Assembly: GCA_027069855.1 (NCBI GenBank)
Contig: JALXEF010000048.1
Span: forward strand, 504 to 64,503
Direction: 5' to 3'
Source: a candidate division WOR-3 bacterium
GTDB lineage: Bacteria; Hydrothermota; Hydrothermia; WGAB01
DNA: 64,000 nt
Shown piece by piece: positions 49,218-57,012 of this stretch (positions are counted from its first letter, which is position 1; each line of letters begins with the position of its first letter). The position numbers were made by a program, and so were the translations under genes. The notes under the pieces were generated by a model. The model saw only the letters and a program-made list of their open reading frames with translations. It was not told the origin of the DNA and searched no databases.

Positions 49218-50896
49218 CCCCGCCGCCGCCCGCCGGCACAGCCGACACCTACGCGGTTCTGGCCACCTACTACCGGGAAGCCGGTTTCCCGGACAGCGCC
49301 CTGCAGGTGCTGCAGGAGGGGTACCGGCAAACCCGGGCGCCCCTTTTGCTCCGGCAGATCGTGGAACTCCGCTACAGCCTGCAGGACTTCCAGGGATGCG
49401 TGCAGGCCGCCCGCCGATACCTGAAAACCGCCGGACCCGACTCTCTGGTGTACGATCTGGCGGTTCGCGCCCTCCTGGGCCTGGACCGGGACCGCGAAGC
49501 CCGACGGCTCCTGGAAGCCTACCTGCGGGCGTTCCCCGACCTGCCGGCGGCCGTTCGGCTGGCCGCCAATGTGCTGGAGGTACAGCAGCGCCCGGATACC
49601 GCCCTGTTCCTCTATCGCCGGGCTTATCTCTTGAATCCCCGGAGTCTTCCGCTCCTCCGGGACTTCCTGGCCTTTCTGGTGCAACAGGACCATCTGCAGG
49701 AGGCCCAACGGCTGCTGGCCCGCTACGGCGATTCCCTGGAGGGCTCCTATAAGGTGGAACTCGCCTGGGCTGTGCTGCTGGAAAAACAGGGCGACCTGAA
49801 CGGCGCCCTGATCCATTACGCCCGGGCCAGCTTCCTGCGACGATCCCCTGAACTCCTCGCCCGTATGGCCCAGCTGGCCCTGCAGATGGACCGCCCCAAG
49901 GAGGCCTGGAAAATCCTGGCCCCTGCCCTGGAAACCTACCCGCTGGACCCCGAAATCCTGAAACTCGGGGGCATCACCCGGTACCACCTGGCGGAATACA
50001 CCGATGCCCTGCACCTGCTGCTGGCGGCCCGGGCCCTGCAGCCTGACGACGCCGAAACCCACTACTTTCTGGCCCGCACCCTCCGCGCCCTGGGACAGGA
50101 AGCCGAAGCCCTGCACGAGGCCCAGCAGGCCTTTGAACTGAACCACGACCCCGACTACGGCCTGTACCTCGCCTACCTGTTCATCCTGAACAACCGGCCC
50201 GAGAAGGCTTTGCAGGTGCTGCGGCAACTGCGCCTCACCGACCGCGCCCACTTTTACACCCTGAAGGGCTTTGCCTTTCAGCTCCTGGGGGAACCCGATT
50301 CCGCCTACCTCGCCCTGCGCCGCGCCGTGGCCCTGGACCCCCGGAATCCCAAACGGCTGCGGGATCTCGCCCGCTTCTGCAGCCAAACGGGCCGCACCGA
50401 CGAAGCCCTGGCGATCCTGAAAACCCTCTGGCACCGCGGCCAGGCTTCGTTCCAGGACCTCATGGCGCTGGCGCTGCTGCTGGCCGACCGGGAGGAGTAC
50501 GCCCGGGCCGACTCCGTGTTCCGGGAACTCTACGCCCGGGATTCCACCAACGCCCTGGTCCTCAACAACTGGGGCTACACCCTGGCCGAATGGGGGCAAC
50601 ACCTGGACCTGGCCCGCCGACTCCTGGAACGGGCCCTGCAACTGGATCCGGACAACCCCATCTACCTGGATTCCATGGGCTGGATCTATTACCGGCTGGG
50701 ACGGTTCCGGCTGGCCCGGCACTATGTGGAGCGGGCGCTGCAACTCGGAGCCCGCGATCCCGACATCCTGGAGCACATGGGCGACATCCTGAAGGCCCTG
50801 GGATATCCGGAACAGGCCCAGCGGTACTGGCAGGAGGCCCTGCAACGCGCACCCGACAATGCCCGGCTCCGCCAGAAACTCCAGCAAAACCTTTAA
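49178..50896 (+). CDS. TPR-repeat protein with N-terminal signal peptide
   Basis: 572 aa containing at least 10 TPR units. Confidence 0.7.
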   Translation: MVAYSLLLALLTVAPPPPAGTADTYAVLATYYREAGFPDSALQVLQEGYRQTRAPLLLRQIVELRYSLQDFQGCVQAARRYLKTAGPDSLVYDLAVRALLGLDRDREARRLLEAYLRAFPDLPAAVRLAANVLEVQQRPDTALFLYRRAYLLNPRSLPLLRDFLAFLVQQDHLQEAQRLLARYGDSLEGSYKVELAWAVLLEKQGDLNGALIHYARASFLRRSPELLARMAQLALQMDRPKEAWKILAPALETYPLDPEILKLGGITRYHLAEYTDALHLLLAARALQPDDAETHYFLARTLRALGQEAEALHEAQQAFELNHDPDYGLYLAYLFILNNRPEKALQVLRQLRLTDRAHFYTLKGFAFQLLGEPDSAYLALRRAVALDPRNPKRLRDLARFCSQTGRTDEALAILKTLWHRGQASFQDLMALALLLADREEYARADSVFRELYARDSTNALVLNNWGYTLAEWGQHLDLARRLLERALQLDPDNPIYLDSMGWIYYRLGRFRLARHYVERALQLGARDPDILEHMGDILKALGYPEQAQRYWQEALQRAPDNARLRQKLQQNL

Positions 50897-50912
50897 GCAC
50901 CCCGGCAAACTG

Positions 50913-51503
50913 GTGATCGGCATCACCGGTGGGGCCGGGGCCGGTAAAACCACCTTTGCCCGGTTCCTGGAACAGTACGGTGCCACCGTGATTGAGGCCG
51001 ACCGCGTGGGCCATGAGGTGCTCGGCCTGCCGGAGGTCCGGGAACAGTTGGTCCAGGCCTTCGGCCCCGAGATTCTGGCGCCCGACGGCACCGTGGACCG
51101 CAAAAAACTGGGGCGGCGCACCTTCGCCGATCCCCGGGCCCTTCAAACCCTCACCCGCATCGTGAAACCCTGGATCGTGGCCCGTATTCAGGAGGCCGTG
51201 CAGCAGGCCCCCACCGAGATCGTGGCGGTGGACGGCGCCCTCATTTACGAGTACGGGGTGGAGGACCTCTTTGACCAGGTGGTCGTGGTCACCGCCCCCG
51301 AGGATCTCCGGCTCCGGCGTTTCATGGCCAAAACCGGCTATCCGGAGGAGGTGGCGCGGCGCCTCCTCCGGCAGCAAATGCCCGAAGAGGAAAAGATCCG
51401 GCGGGCCGATCATGTGGTGTACAACACGGGCTCCCTGAGCCGGCTGGAACAGCAGGCCCGCAGCCTGTATCGCACCTGGCGCACCCTCCTGCAGGACCCG
51501 TAG
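50913..51503 (+). CDS. coaE: Dephospho-CoA kinase
   Basis: Start proposed at GTG (VIGITGGAGAGKTT, P-loop at the extreme N-terminus as in CoaE). An ATG at 50859 would overlap the TPR gene by 38 nt. Confidence 0.8.
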   Translation: MIGITGGAGAGKTTFARFLEQYGATVIEADRVGHEVLGLPEVREQLVQAFGPEILAPDGTVDRKKLGRRTFADPRALQTLTRIVKPWIVARIQEAVQQAPTEIVAVDGALIYEYGVEDLFDQVVVVTAPEDLRLRRFMAKTGYPEEVARRLLRQQMPEEEKIRRADHVVYNTGSLSRLEQQARSLYRTWRTLLQDP

Positions 51504-51695
51504 GCCCCGGTGTTCCGTTCTGCAACAGGGGTTCATGTCCGTCGGCTGCTTCCTCCCGTCCATAGAAACCCTATCCGGTCAACATTGGCCTATAAACCGG
51601 CATGACCCCCAAAGGGCCCGCCGCTTTGGCAGAGGGTTTGCATACCTTCAGGGTGGCTTCCGATGCACTGAACTGCGAAACAAAAGGAGGGCATC

Positions 51696-52766
51696 ATGAA
51701 GCGGCTTGTTGCAGGACTCGCAGTCATCGGGTTGGTCCTGGTGCTCGGGACCAACTGTAAGAAAACCGAGGAGGAAACTCCCGGTCCCGAGCAAACGCTG
51801 CCGACCTCGCTCCACGGCACCACCTACGGCATGAAGTACTGGTACGAAGTCGCCCAACCGCAGGGGTTCATCCAGTACACCAACATCCCCTACGACTCCC
51901 TGGGCTGCTACCACTGCCACATTGATGTGGAGGAATACGGCTGCAGCCAGTGCCACGAGACCCCGGGCGACAAACCCGCTGCGGACAAGTGCTACGCCTG
52001 CCACGGACGCGAAAAGAAGGAGAGCATGTTCTACAGCGATGTGCACCGCGACGCCGGCCTGGTGTGCGCCGACTGCCATAAGGGCGAGGAGGTCCACGGC
52101 GACGGCAACCACTACAACACCATGTATGTGAGCCCCCACGAGCCTAAGTGTGAGGACTGCCACAACCCCAGCGATCTGCCGCAGCACGCGGAGCACGCCA
52201 TGCACCTGAACAACCTCCACTGCACCGCCTGCCACGCCCAGGCCGTGATCTCCTGCTATAGCTGCCACTTCCAGTCCATGACCCAGTACGGCATCAAACT
52301 CGCCTACGGTGTGCTGAAGGACTGGCTCTTCCTGGCCAACAACCCCGACGGCAAGGTGCAGGCAGCCATCCTGATGCCGCTGGAGTACGGCGAGGGCAAA
52401 ACCTTCATGGCCATCGGCCGGTATGTGCCGCACACCATCACCAAGGAGAACGCGCGGCACTGCTCCGACTGCCACGACAACGCGGCGGCCCACGAATACC
52501 TGGAGACCGGCGAGATCGTGTGCACCTGGTGGAACCCGGATTCCGCCCGCCTGGAGCACCTGACGGGCGTGATCCCCATTCCGCCGGACTACCAGACCGC
52601 GCTGAAGTTCACCTACATGCAGTGCGTGAGCGGCTGCGACGATCCGGAAACCGCCCAGTGGGAACCCATCGAACCGCAAGGGGTGACCAACGCCTGGCAG
52701 ATGCTGGACGAGTCCTGTGAGCCCCTCACCCGTGAGCAGATCGAAAAACTGGCGGAACCCCACTGA
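51696..52766 (+). CDS. Octaheme c-type cytochrome, secreted (possible lipoprotein)
   Basis: 356 aa with RBS AAAGGAGG. Signal peptide MKRLVAGLAVIGLVLVLGTNC, with Cys after an atypical lipobox. Eight CXXCH motifs: CYHCH, CSQCH, CYACH, CADCH, CEDCH, CTACH, CYSCH, CSDCH. Five further Cys in the C-terminal 80 aa. Confidence 0.85.
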   Translation: MKRLVAGLAVIGLVLVLGTNCKKTEEETPGPEQTLPTSLHGTTYGMKYWYEVAQPQGFIQYTNIPYDSLGCYHCHIDVEEYGCSQCHETPGDKPAADKCYACHGREKKESMFYSDVHRDAGLVCADCHKGEEVHGDGNHYNTMYVSPHEPKCEDCHNPSDLPQHAEHAMHLNNLHCTACHAQAVISCYSCHFQSMTQYGIKLAYGVLKDWLFLANNPDGKVQAAILMPLEYGEGKTFMAIGRYVPHTITKENARHCSDCHDNAAAHEYLETGEIVCTWWNPDSARLEHLTGVIPIPPDYQTALKFTYMQCVSGCDDPETAQWEPIEPQGVTNAWQMLDESCEPLTREQIEKLAEPH

Positions 52767-52790
52767 TCCGCCTTTCCGGGCCATAGGCTT

Positions 52791-52820
52791 GCTGCGGGGC
52801 CCTGCATTGGGCCCCGCAGC
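52791..52820 (+). promoter_or_regulatory. Perfect 12-bp GC-rich hairpin (GCTGCGGGGCCC-tgcatt-GGGCCCCGCAGC) between the octaheme cytochrome and beta-barrel genes
   Basis: Read directly from the sequence; followed by CGTTTAAACG and then the RBS AAAGGAGG of the next gene. Candidate partial terminator or mRNA-processing/stability element setting operon stoichiometry. Confidence 0.4.
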
Positions 52821-52848
52821 CGTTTAAACGCTCCAAAGGAGGCTTGTT

Positions 52849-54018
52849 ATGGGCGTTTTGTGGACCGTTCTCCTGGCCTGGACCCTGAACGGGGGGCTGG
52901 GGCTCAGCGTGGTCCCCTATGCGGTGACCGATTCCACCCGCGATGTCTCCGTCGCCCCCTATCTCCGGGTCCAGGCCCTGAATCCTCTGCCCGGCCTTTC
53001 CGTGAACCTGGCGCTCCGGGGGTACCGGGCGGACACCGCCCGGCCGAAGGCCCCGGCCCTGCGGCTGCTCGTGGCCAATATCCACTTCCAGCGCCCCGGT
53101 GTGCCGGTAACCCTTTGTGTGGGCCGCCAGTTCCAGTACCTCGGGCTCGGCGGCCTGGTGGACGGCGCCTCCGTGGGCTTCCGGCTGAACCGCGCCGAAC
53201 TCTCGGCCCTGCTGGGATACCGCGCCCCCTCGGTGTTTGACGATACCACGGGCCTGGAGATCCGGAGCCAGAACCCCCTGTTCGCCGTTCAGGCCCGGAT
53301 GGATCCCCTGGCCCGGCTTCAGGTGTATGCGGGCTACGGCCGCGAAGGCCTTGAGGACACCGTGGTACAGGCCCCCCTGTGGCTCGGATTCCGGTCCTAC
53401 GACCACGCCTGGAACCTGGAAGGGGAACTGGCCTACGACCTGGAATACTCGGTGCTCAGTCGCGGCCGCCTCAGCGCTTCGTACCGGATCCCCCGGGCCC
53501 TGCTTCACTTCCACTACCGGTACCAGGACCCCTGGCGCGATTTTCTGAAACTCACCCTGCCCTCCTGGCTCCGCGACGACCCCGTGAAGTACAGCATCCC
53601 CACCCATCGCCTGGAGGCCTCGGTGCGACTCCAGGATCCCCTGCCCGGCGCCTCCTTCGGCCTCTTTTACGCGTACAACACCGAAACCTCCTATCGCCAC
53701 CTGTGGATGGCCTATCGGCTTCAGCGGCTGTACTTCCGGGTGTGGACCGGCCAGGAATGGGAGGGCACGGCATACGGCGGCCTCCTCACCTATAGCCATC
53801 GCCTGAACCCACAACTTTCTGCCCTGCTCCAGCTTCGCCTGGCCAAAAGCCCCCGCTACGACGGCCTGGTGTACAGCCTCCGCCCCCGCCTGGTGTGGCG
53901 CTTCCCCGGCTCGGGCCTCTCGGTACAGGCCGAGTTCCGCTTCTGGAAACTGCCCGGCGTCCAATGGGAAACCCAGGGCTATCTGGGTCTGCACCTGCCC
54001 TTCAGCAGGAGGTTTTGA
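52849..54018 (+). CDS. Predicted outer-membrane beta-barrel (porin-like) protein of the cytochrome cluster
   Basis: 389 aa. Signal peptide, alternating hydrophobic/polar beta-strand pattern rich in Y/R/L/G throughout, and a C-terminal ...LPFSRRF ending in Phe as in OMP sorting signals. No Cys and no heme motifs. Confidence 0.65.
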   Translation: MGVLWTVLLAWTLNGGLGLSVVPYAVTDSTRDVSVAPYLRVQALNPLPGLSVNLALRGYRADTARPKAPALRLLVANIHFQRPGVPVTLCVGRQFQYLGLGGLVDGASVGFRLNRAELSALLGYRAPSVFDDTTGLEIRSQNPLFAVQARMDPLARLQVYAGYGREGLEDTVVQAPLWLGFRSYDHAWNLEGELAYDLEYSVLSRGRLSASYRIPRALLHFHYRYQDPWRDFLKLTLPSWLRDDPVKYSIPTHRLEASVRLQDPLPGASFGLFYAYNTETSYRHLWMAYRLQRLYFRVWTGQEWEGTAYGGLLTYSHRLNPQLSALLQLRLAKSPRYDGLVYSLRPRLVWRFPGSGLSVQAEFRFWKLPGVQWETQGYLGLHLPFSRRF

Positions 54019-54021
54019 GCC

Positions 54022-54825
54022 ATGCAAGCCCTGCTTTTGCTTCTTGTGACCTGGACCTTTCCGCATCAGTTGCATGTGGTGGAAATGGGCCTGGAGTGCG
54101 CCGCCTGCCACGGCGCTGTGGAAACCAGCACCAAAAGCACCGATATGCTGCTGCCCGACCCCTCGGTGTGCCAGGAGTGCCACGAGAACAGCATGGGGTA
54201 CCAGCAGCCCGCCCAGGCCCCGGTCCTGATCGCCCATTTCCCCCACCAAACCCACCTGAGCCAGGGAGTGTCCTGCACCGTATGCCACGGCGACACGGCC
54301 TACCCCACCCTGCCCCGGATGGCCACCTGTATGACCTGCCACAACGGCGACCAGGCCCCCAACACCTGCACCACCTGCCACGAAGAGCACGATTCCCGGT
54401 TTGCCACCTATCACCCGCCGGCCTGGCTCTCCCTGCACGGCGACTTCGCCCGCACCCAGATCCCCTCGTGCCGGATGTGCCACCCCACCACCCAGGCGCT
54501 GGCCGATCCGTCGCCTTCGCCCTCCTGTGAAACCTGCCACGAGCAGGAGAACCTCAAACTCCAGGTGCACCCCAAAACCTTCCTCTACACCCACGCCGAG
54601 GCCTTCGCCACCCGGCAAATGGACTGCGCCGCCTGCCACCGGAACTACCAGGACTGCCTGTCGTGCCACCAGCAGCAGGCCTCCATTCCGCTGGATCACC
54701 TGAACCCCGGATGGGTGGCGGAGGGGCTCCACGGCACCGAAGCCCGGATCAATCCGGACCGGTGCCTCGTGTGCCACGGCGAACAGCAGAATACCTGTCA
54801 GCGCTGCCACTCCGGGAGACCGTAA
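54022..54825 (+). CDS. Undecaheme c-type cytochrome (c7/c3-polymer-like), secreted
   Basis: 267 aa with a signal peptide. Eleven CXXCH motifs: CAACH, CQECH, CTVCH, CMTCH, CTTCH, CRMCH, CETCH, CAACH, CLSCH, CLVCH, CQRCH. About 24 aa per heme. It starts 4 nt after the barrel gene stop. Confidence 0.85.
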   Translation: MQALLLLLVTWTFPHQLHVVEMGLECAACHGAVETSTKSTDMLLPDPSVCQECHENSMGYQQPAQAPVLIAHFPHQTHLSQGVSCTVCHGDTAYPTLPRMATCMTCHNGDQAPNTCTTCHEEHDSRFATYHPPAWLSLHGDFARTQIPSCRMCHPTTQALADPSPSPSCETCHEQENLKLQVHPKTFLYTHAEAFATRQMDCAACHRNYQDCLSCHQQQASIPLDHLNPGWVAEGLHGTEARINPDRCLVCHGEQQNTCQRCHSGRP

Positions 54826-54846
54826 GCCCGGAGCGGGGTTTTCTTC

Positions 54847-54900
54847 GGCGGGCGGGCCTCGCCGCGGCGAGGCCCGCCCGCCGTTTTGCCGTATATTTTT
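54847..54900 (+). terminator. Rho-independent terminator after the cytochrome cluster
   Basis: Perfect 17-bp GC stem GGCGGGCGGGCCTCGCC / GGCGAGGCCCGCCCGCC followed by GTTTTGCCGTATATTTTT. Confidence 0.75.
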
Positions 54901-54905
54901 GAGGC

Positions 54906-55766
54906 ATGCGGGTCATTGAAAGCAACCGGGAAATGCAGCAGGTGGCCGACGAGCTCCGCCGCCAGGGCAAAACCATCGGCTTCGTGCCCACCATGGGCGC
55001 CCTGCACGAAGGCCACCTGTCCCTCGTGCGCTGCAGTACCGACGAAAACGATGTCACCGTTGTCTCCATCTTCGTCAACCCCACCCAGTTCGGGCCCAAC
55101 GAGGACTACGAGCGCTACCCGCGGGACCCCGAGGGCGACCTGGCCAAGTGCGAGCGCGCCGGCGTGGACATCGTGTTCATGCCCACGGTAGAGGAGATGT
55201 ACCCCGAGGGCTATGTCACCTATGTGGAGGTGACCGGCCACCTCACCCAAACCCTGTGCGGGGCCTTCCGGCCGGGGCACTTCCGGGGCGTGACCACCGT
55301 GGTCACCAAGCTCTTTGAAGCGGTGAAACCCCACCGGGCCTACTTCGGCAAAAAGGATTACCAGCAGTGGCGAGTGATCCAGCGGATGGTGCGCGATTTG
55401 AACATGCCGGTGGAAATCATCGGTTGTCCCATCGTCCGCGAGCCCGATGGCCTGGCCATGAGTTCTCGAAACCGCTACCTGTCGGAGGAGGAACGCCGTT
55501 CCGCCCTCGCGCTCTACCGGGGGCTCTTGATGGCCCGCGAACGCATCCTCAACGGCGAACGCGACACCTCCCGCATCATCCGCGAGGTGTTTGAGTTCAT
55601 TGAATCGCACCCCCATGTGCGCAAGATTGACTATGTGGCCGTGGTGGACCCGGAAACCCTCCAGCCCGTGGGACGGCTGGAATCCGGGCAACAGGTGCTC
55701 GTGGCCGTGGCCGTGCATGTGGGCCCGGCCCGGCTGATTGACAACATGGAGATCCAGGTGCCATGA
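54906..55766 (+). CDS. panC: Pantoate--beta-alanine ligase
   Basis: 286 aa. [10 protein letters not shown] and [10 protein letters not shown] motifs. Confidence 0.95.
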   Translation: MRVIESNREMQQVADELRRQGKTIGFVPTMGALHEGHLSLVRCSTDENDVTVVSIFVNPTQFGPNEDYERYPRDPEGDLAKCERAGVDIVFMPTVEEMYPEGYVTYVEVTGHLTQTLCGAFRPGHFRGVTTVVTKLFEAVKPHRAYFGKKDYQQWRVIQRMVRDLNMPVEIIGCPIVREPDGLAMSSRNRYLSEEERRSALALYRGLLMARERILNGERDTSRIIREVFEFIESHPHVRKIDYVAVVDPETLQPVGRLESGQQVLVAVAVHVGPARLIDNMEIQVP

Positions 55767-56104
55767 AGCGGCTGGTGCTGAAGTCCAAGATCCACCGGGT
55801 GCGGGTGACCGGCACCCACCTGGGCTACGAGGGGAGCATCACCCTGGGGCCGGAGTACCTGGAACAGGCCGATCTCGTGCCCTATGAACGGGTGGACATC
55901 TACAACATCACCAACGGTGCCCGGTTTTCCACCTATGTGATCCGGGGCAAGCCCGGAGAGGTCATCCTGAACGGGGCCGCCGCCCGGCTGGCCCAGCCCG
56001 GCGACCTCCTGATCATCGCCGCCTACACCTGGATGGACGACGAGGAACTCAAGGAGTTCCGCCCCAGGGTGGTGATTGTGGAGCCCGGGGACGGGGCAGC
56101 CTGA
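55763..56104 (+). CDS. panD: Aspartate 1-decarboxylase
   Basis: 113 aa. [28 protein letters not shown] with the Gly-Ser self-processing site. ATGA-coupled to panC. Confidence 0.95.
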   Translation: MKRLVLKSKIHRVRVTGTHLGYEGSITLGPEYLEQADLVPYERVDIYNITNGARFSTYVIRGKPGEVILNGAAARLAQPGDLLIIAAYTWMDDEELKEFRPRVVIVEPGDGAA

Positions 56105-56804
56105 GGTCCATCACCCCTTCCAGAAATTCCAGCAACGGATCCAGCAGGCCGGAAACGGACTCGCTGCCGGCCTGGCTCAGGGGCGTTTTCTGCAGTTTCT
56201 GAAGCCGGGCCAGGCCTTGGGTTCCCACGAACACCACCGGTGCCTGGGCCTGGCGCGCGCAGGAGGAGCACAGGGCGCCCCCCTCGGTTGCCGCAAGATA
56301 GGCCACCCGCCGATCGCCGCAGCGGCGGCAACGGTCCAGCCGGGGCGGATATCCCAGCACCTCCGCCGCCCGCAGCAGAAAGGCCACGAAAAGGGCCTCG
56401 GAGGGGCCGTGGGTGGCCAGTTGATGAAACACGCGTTCCAGCAGGGTGTAGAGCCGCGGGGCCGGGGTGTCTTCTGGTACCAGGTGCCGGATCCAGTCAA
56501 ACAGGAGTGCGGCCGCGCGTTGCCGGTCGTAAGAGGTCCGCAGGGCCGGATAGGCCTGCAGGATCCGGGCCTCCTGGAGGGTCTGGATCTCCCGGGTGTC
56601 CCGCCGGTGCACCACCGTTTCAATCACATGGAAGGGCTCCAGGGTGGACACCCAGCGGCTTTTGGGGCGCCGCGCACCCCGCACCAGCACCTTGATCCGC
56701 CCCAGGCGATAGGTGAAGAGTTCGTAGATGGCCGTGGCCTCCTGATAGGGAATCCGGCGGAACACCACGGCCCGGGTGCGGACCCGCTGGGGCAGCGAAG
56801 GCAT
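56049..56804 (-). CDS. recO: DNA repair protein RecO
   Basis: 251 aa. N-terminal OB fold (AVVFRRIPYQEATAIYELFT) and C-terminal CxxC...CxxC zinc motif (CRRCG...CSSC). The 3' end overlaps panD convergently by 56 nt. Confidence 0.8.
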   Translation of the reverse strand: MPSLPQRVRTRAVVFRRIPYQEATAIYELFTYRLGRIKVLVRGARRPKSRWVSTLEPFHVIETVVHRRDTREIQTLQEARILQAYPALRTSYDRQRAAALLFDWIRHLVPEDTPAPRLYTLLERVFHQLATHGPSEALFVAFLLRAAEVLGYPPRLDRCRRCGDRRVAYLAATEGGALCSSCARQAQAPVVFVGTQGLARLQKLQKTPLSQAGSESVSGLLDPLLEFLEGVMDLRLPRPRAPQSPPWGGTP

Positions 56805-56805
56805 G

Positions 56806-57012
56806 TCAGCCGCGGGACACCACCTCTAAGATGAACAGGCGGTCGCCCTGCCGCACCGGCTCGTCCTCGGTGAGCACCTCCTCGTTGCGGAACACCAGCA
56901 CCTCTTCCGGGTTCAGGTTCAGGTGCCGCAGGAGGTCCAGGACCCGGCGCACCCGTTTGTCCACCGGGATCACCCGGTTCCGGAATTCCACTTCCACATA
57001 GGGCTGGCTCAT
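56806..57012 (-). CDS. Hypothetical 68-aa protein (possible beta-grasp/ThiS-MoaD-like fold), translationally coupled between the M16 pair and recO
   Basis: ATG at 57012-57010 is ATGA-coupled to the stop of the upstream M16 gene, and there is a 1-nt gap to the recO start. Sequence MSQPYVEVEFRNRVIPVDKRVRRVLDLLRHLNLNPEEVLVFRNEEVLTEDEPVRQGDRLFILEVVSRG. The ORF-track N-terminal extension was rejected. Confidence 0.45.
   Translation of the reverse strand: MSQPYVEVEFRNRVIPVDKRVRRVLDLLRHLNLNPEEVLVFRNEEVLTEDEPVRQGDRLFILEVVSRG

Noticed and set aside
49040-51121. 693-aa minus-strand ORF opposite the TPR gene and coaE
   Set aside because: It is antisense to genes with clear domain signatures and typical shadow composition.
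51504-51695. Possible tRNA/ncRNA or promoter in the 192-nt region upstream of the cytochrome cluster
   Set aside because: No tRNA-like T-arm or anticodon structure was seen. There are only weak stems (CCAAAG/CTTTGG) and a TTGCAT hexamer without a matching -10. Nothing is supportable beyond its likely being the cluster promoter region.
52726-54810. 694-aa minus-strand ORF antisense to the beta-barrel and undecaheme genes
   Set aside because: It is a shadow ORF opposite strongly supported cytochrome genes with CXXCH motifs and RBSs. It has no start context or domain signal.
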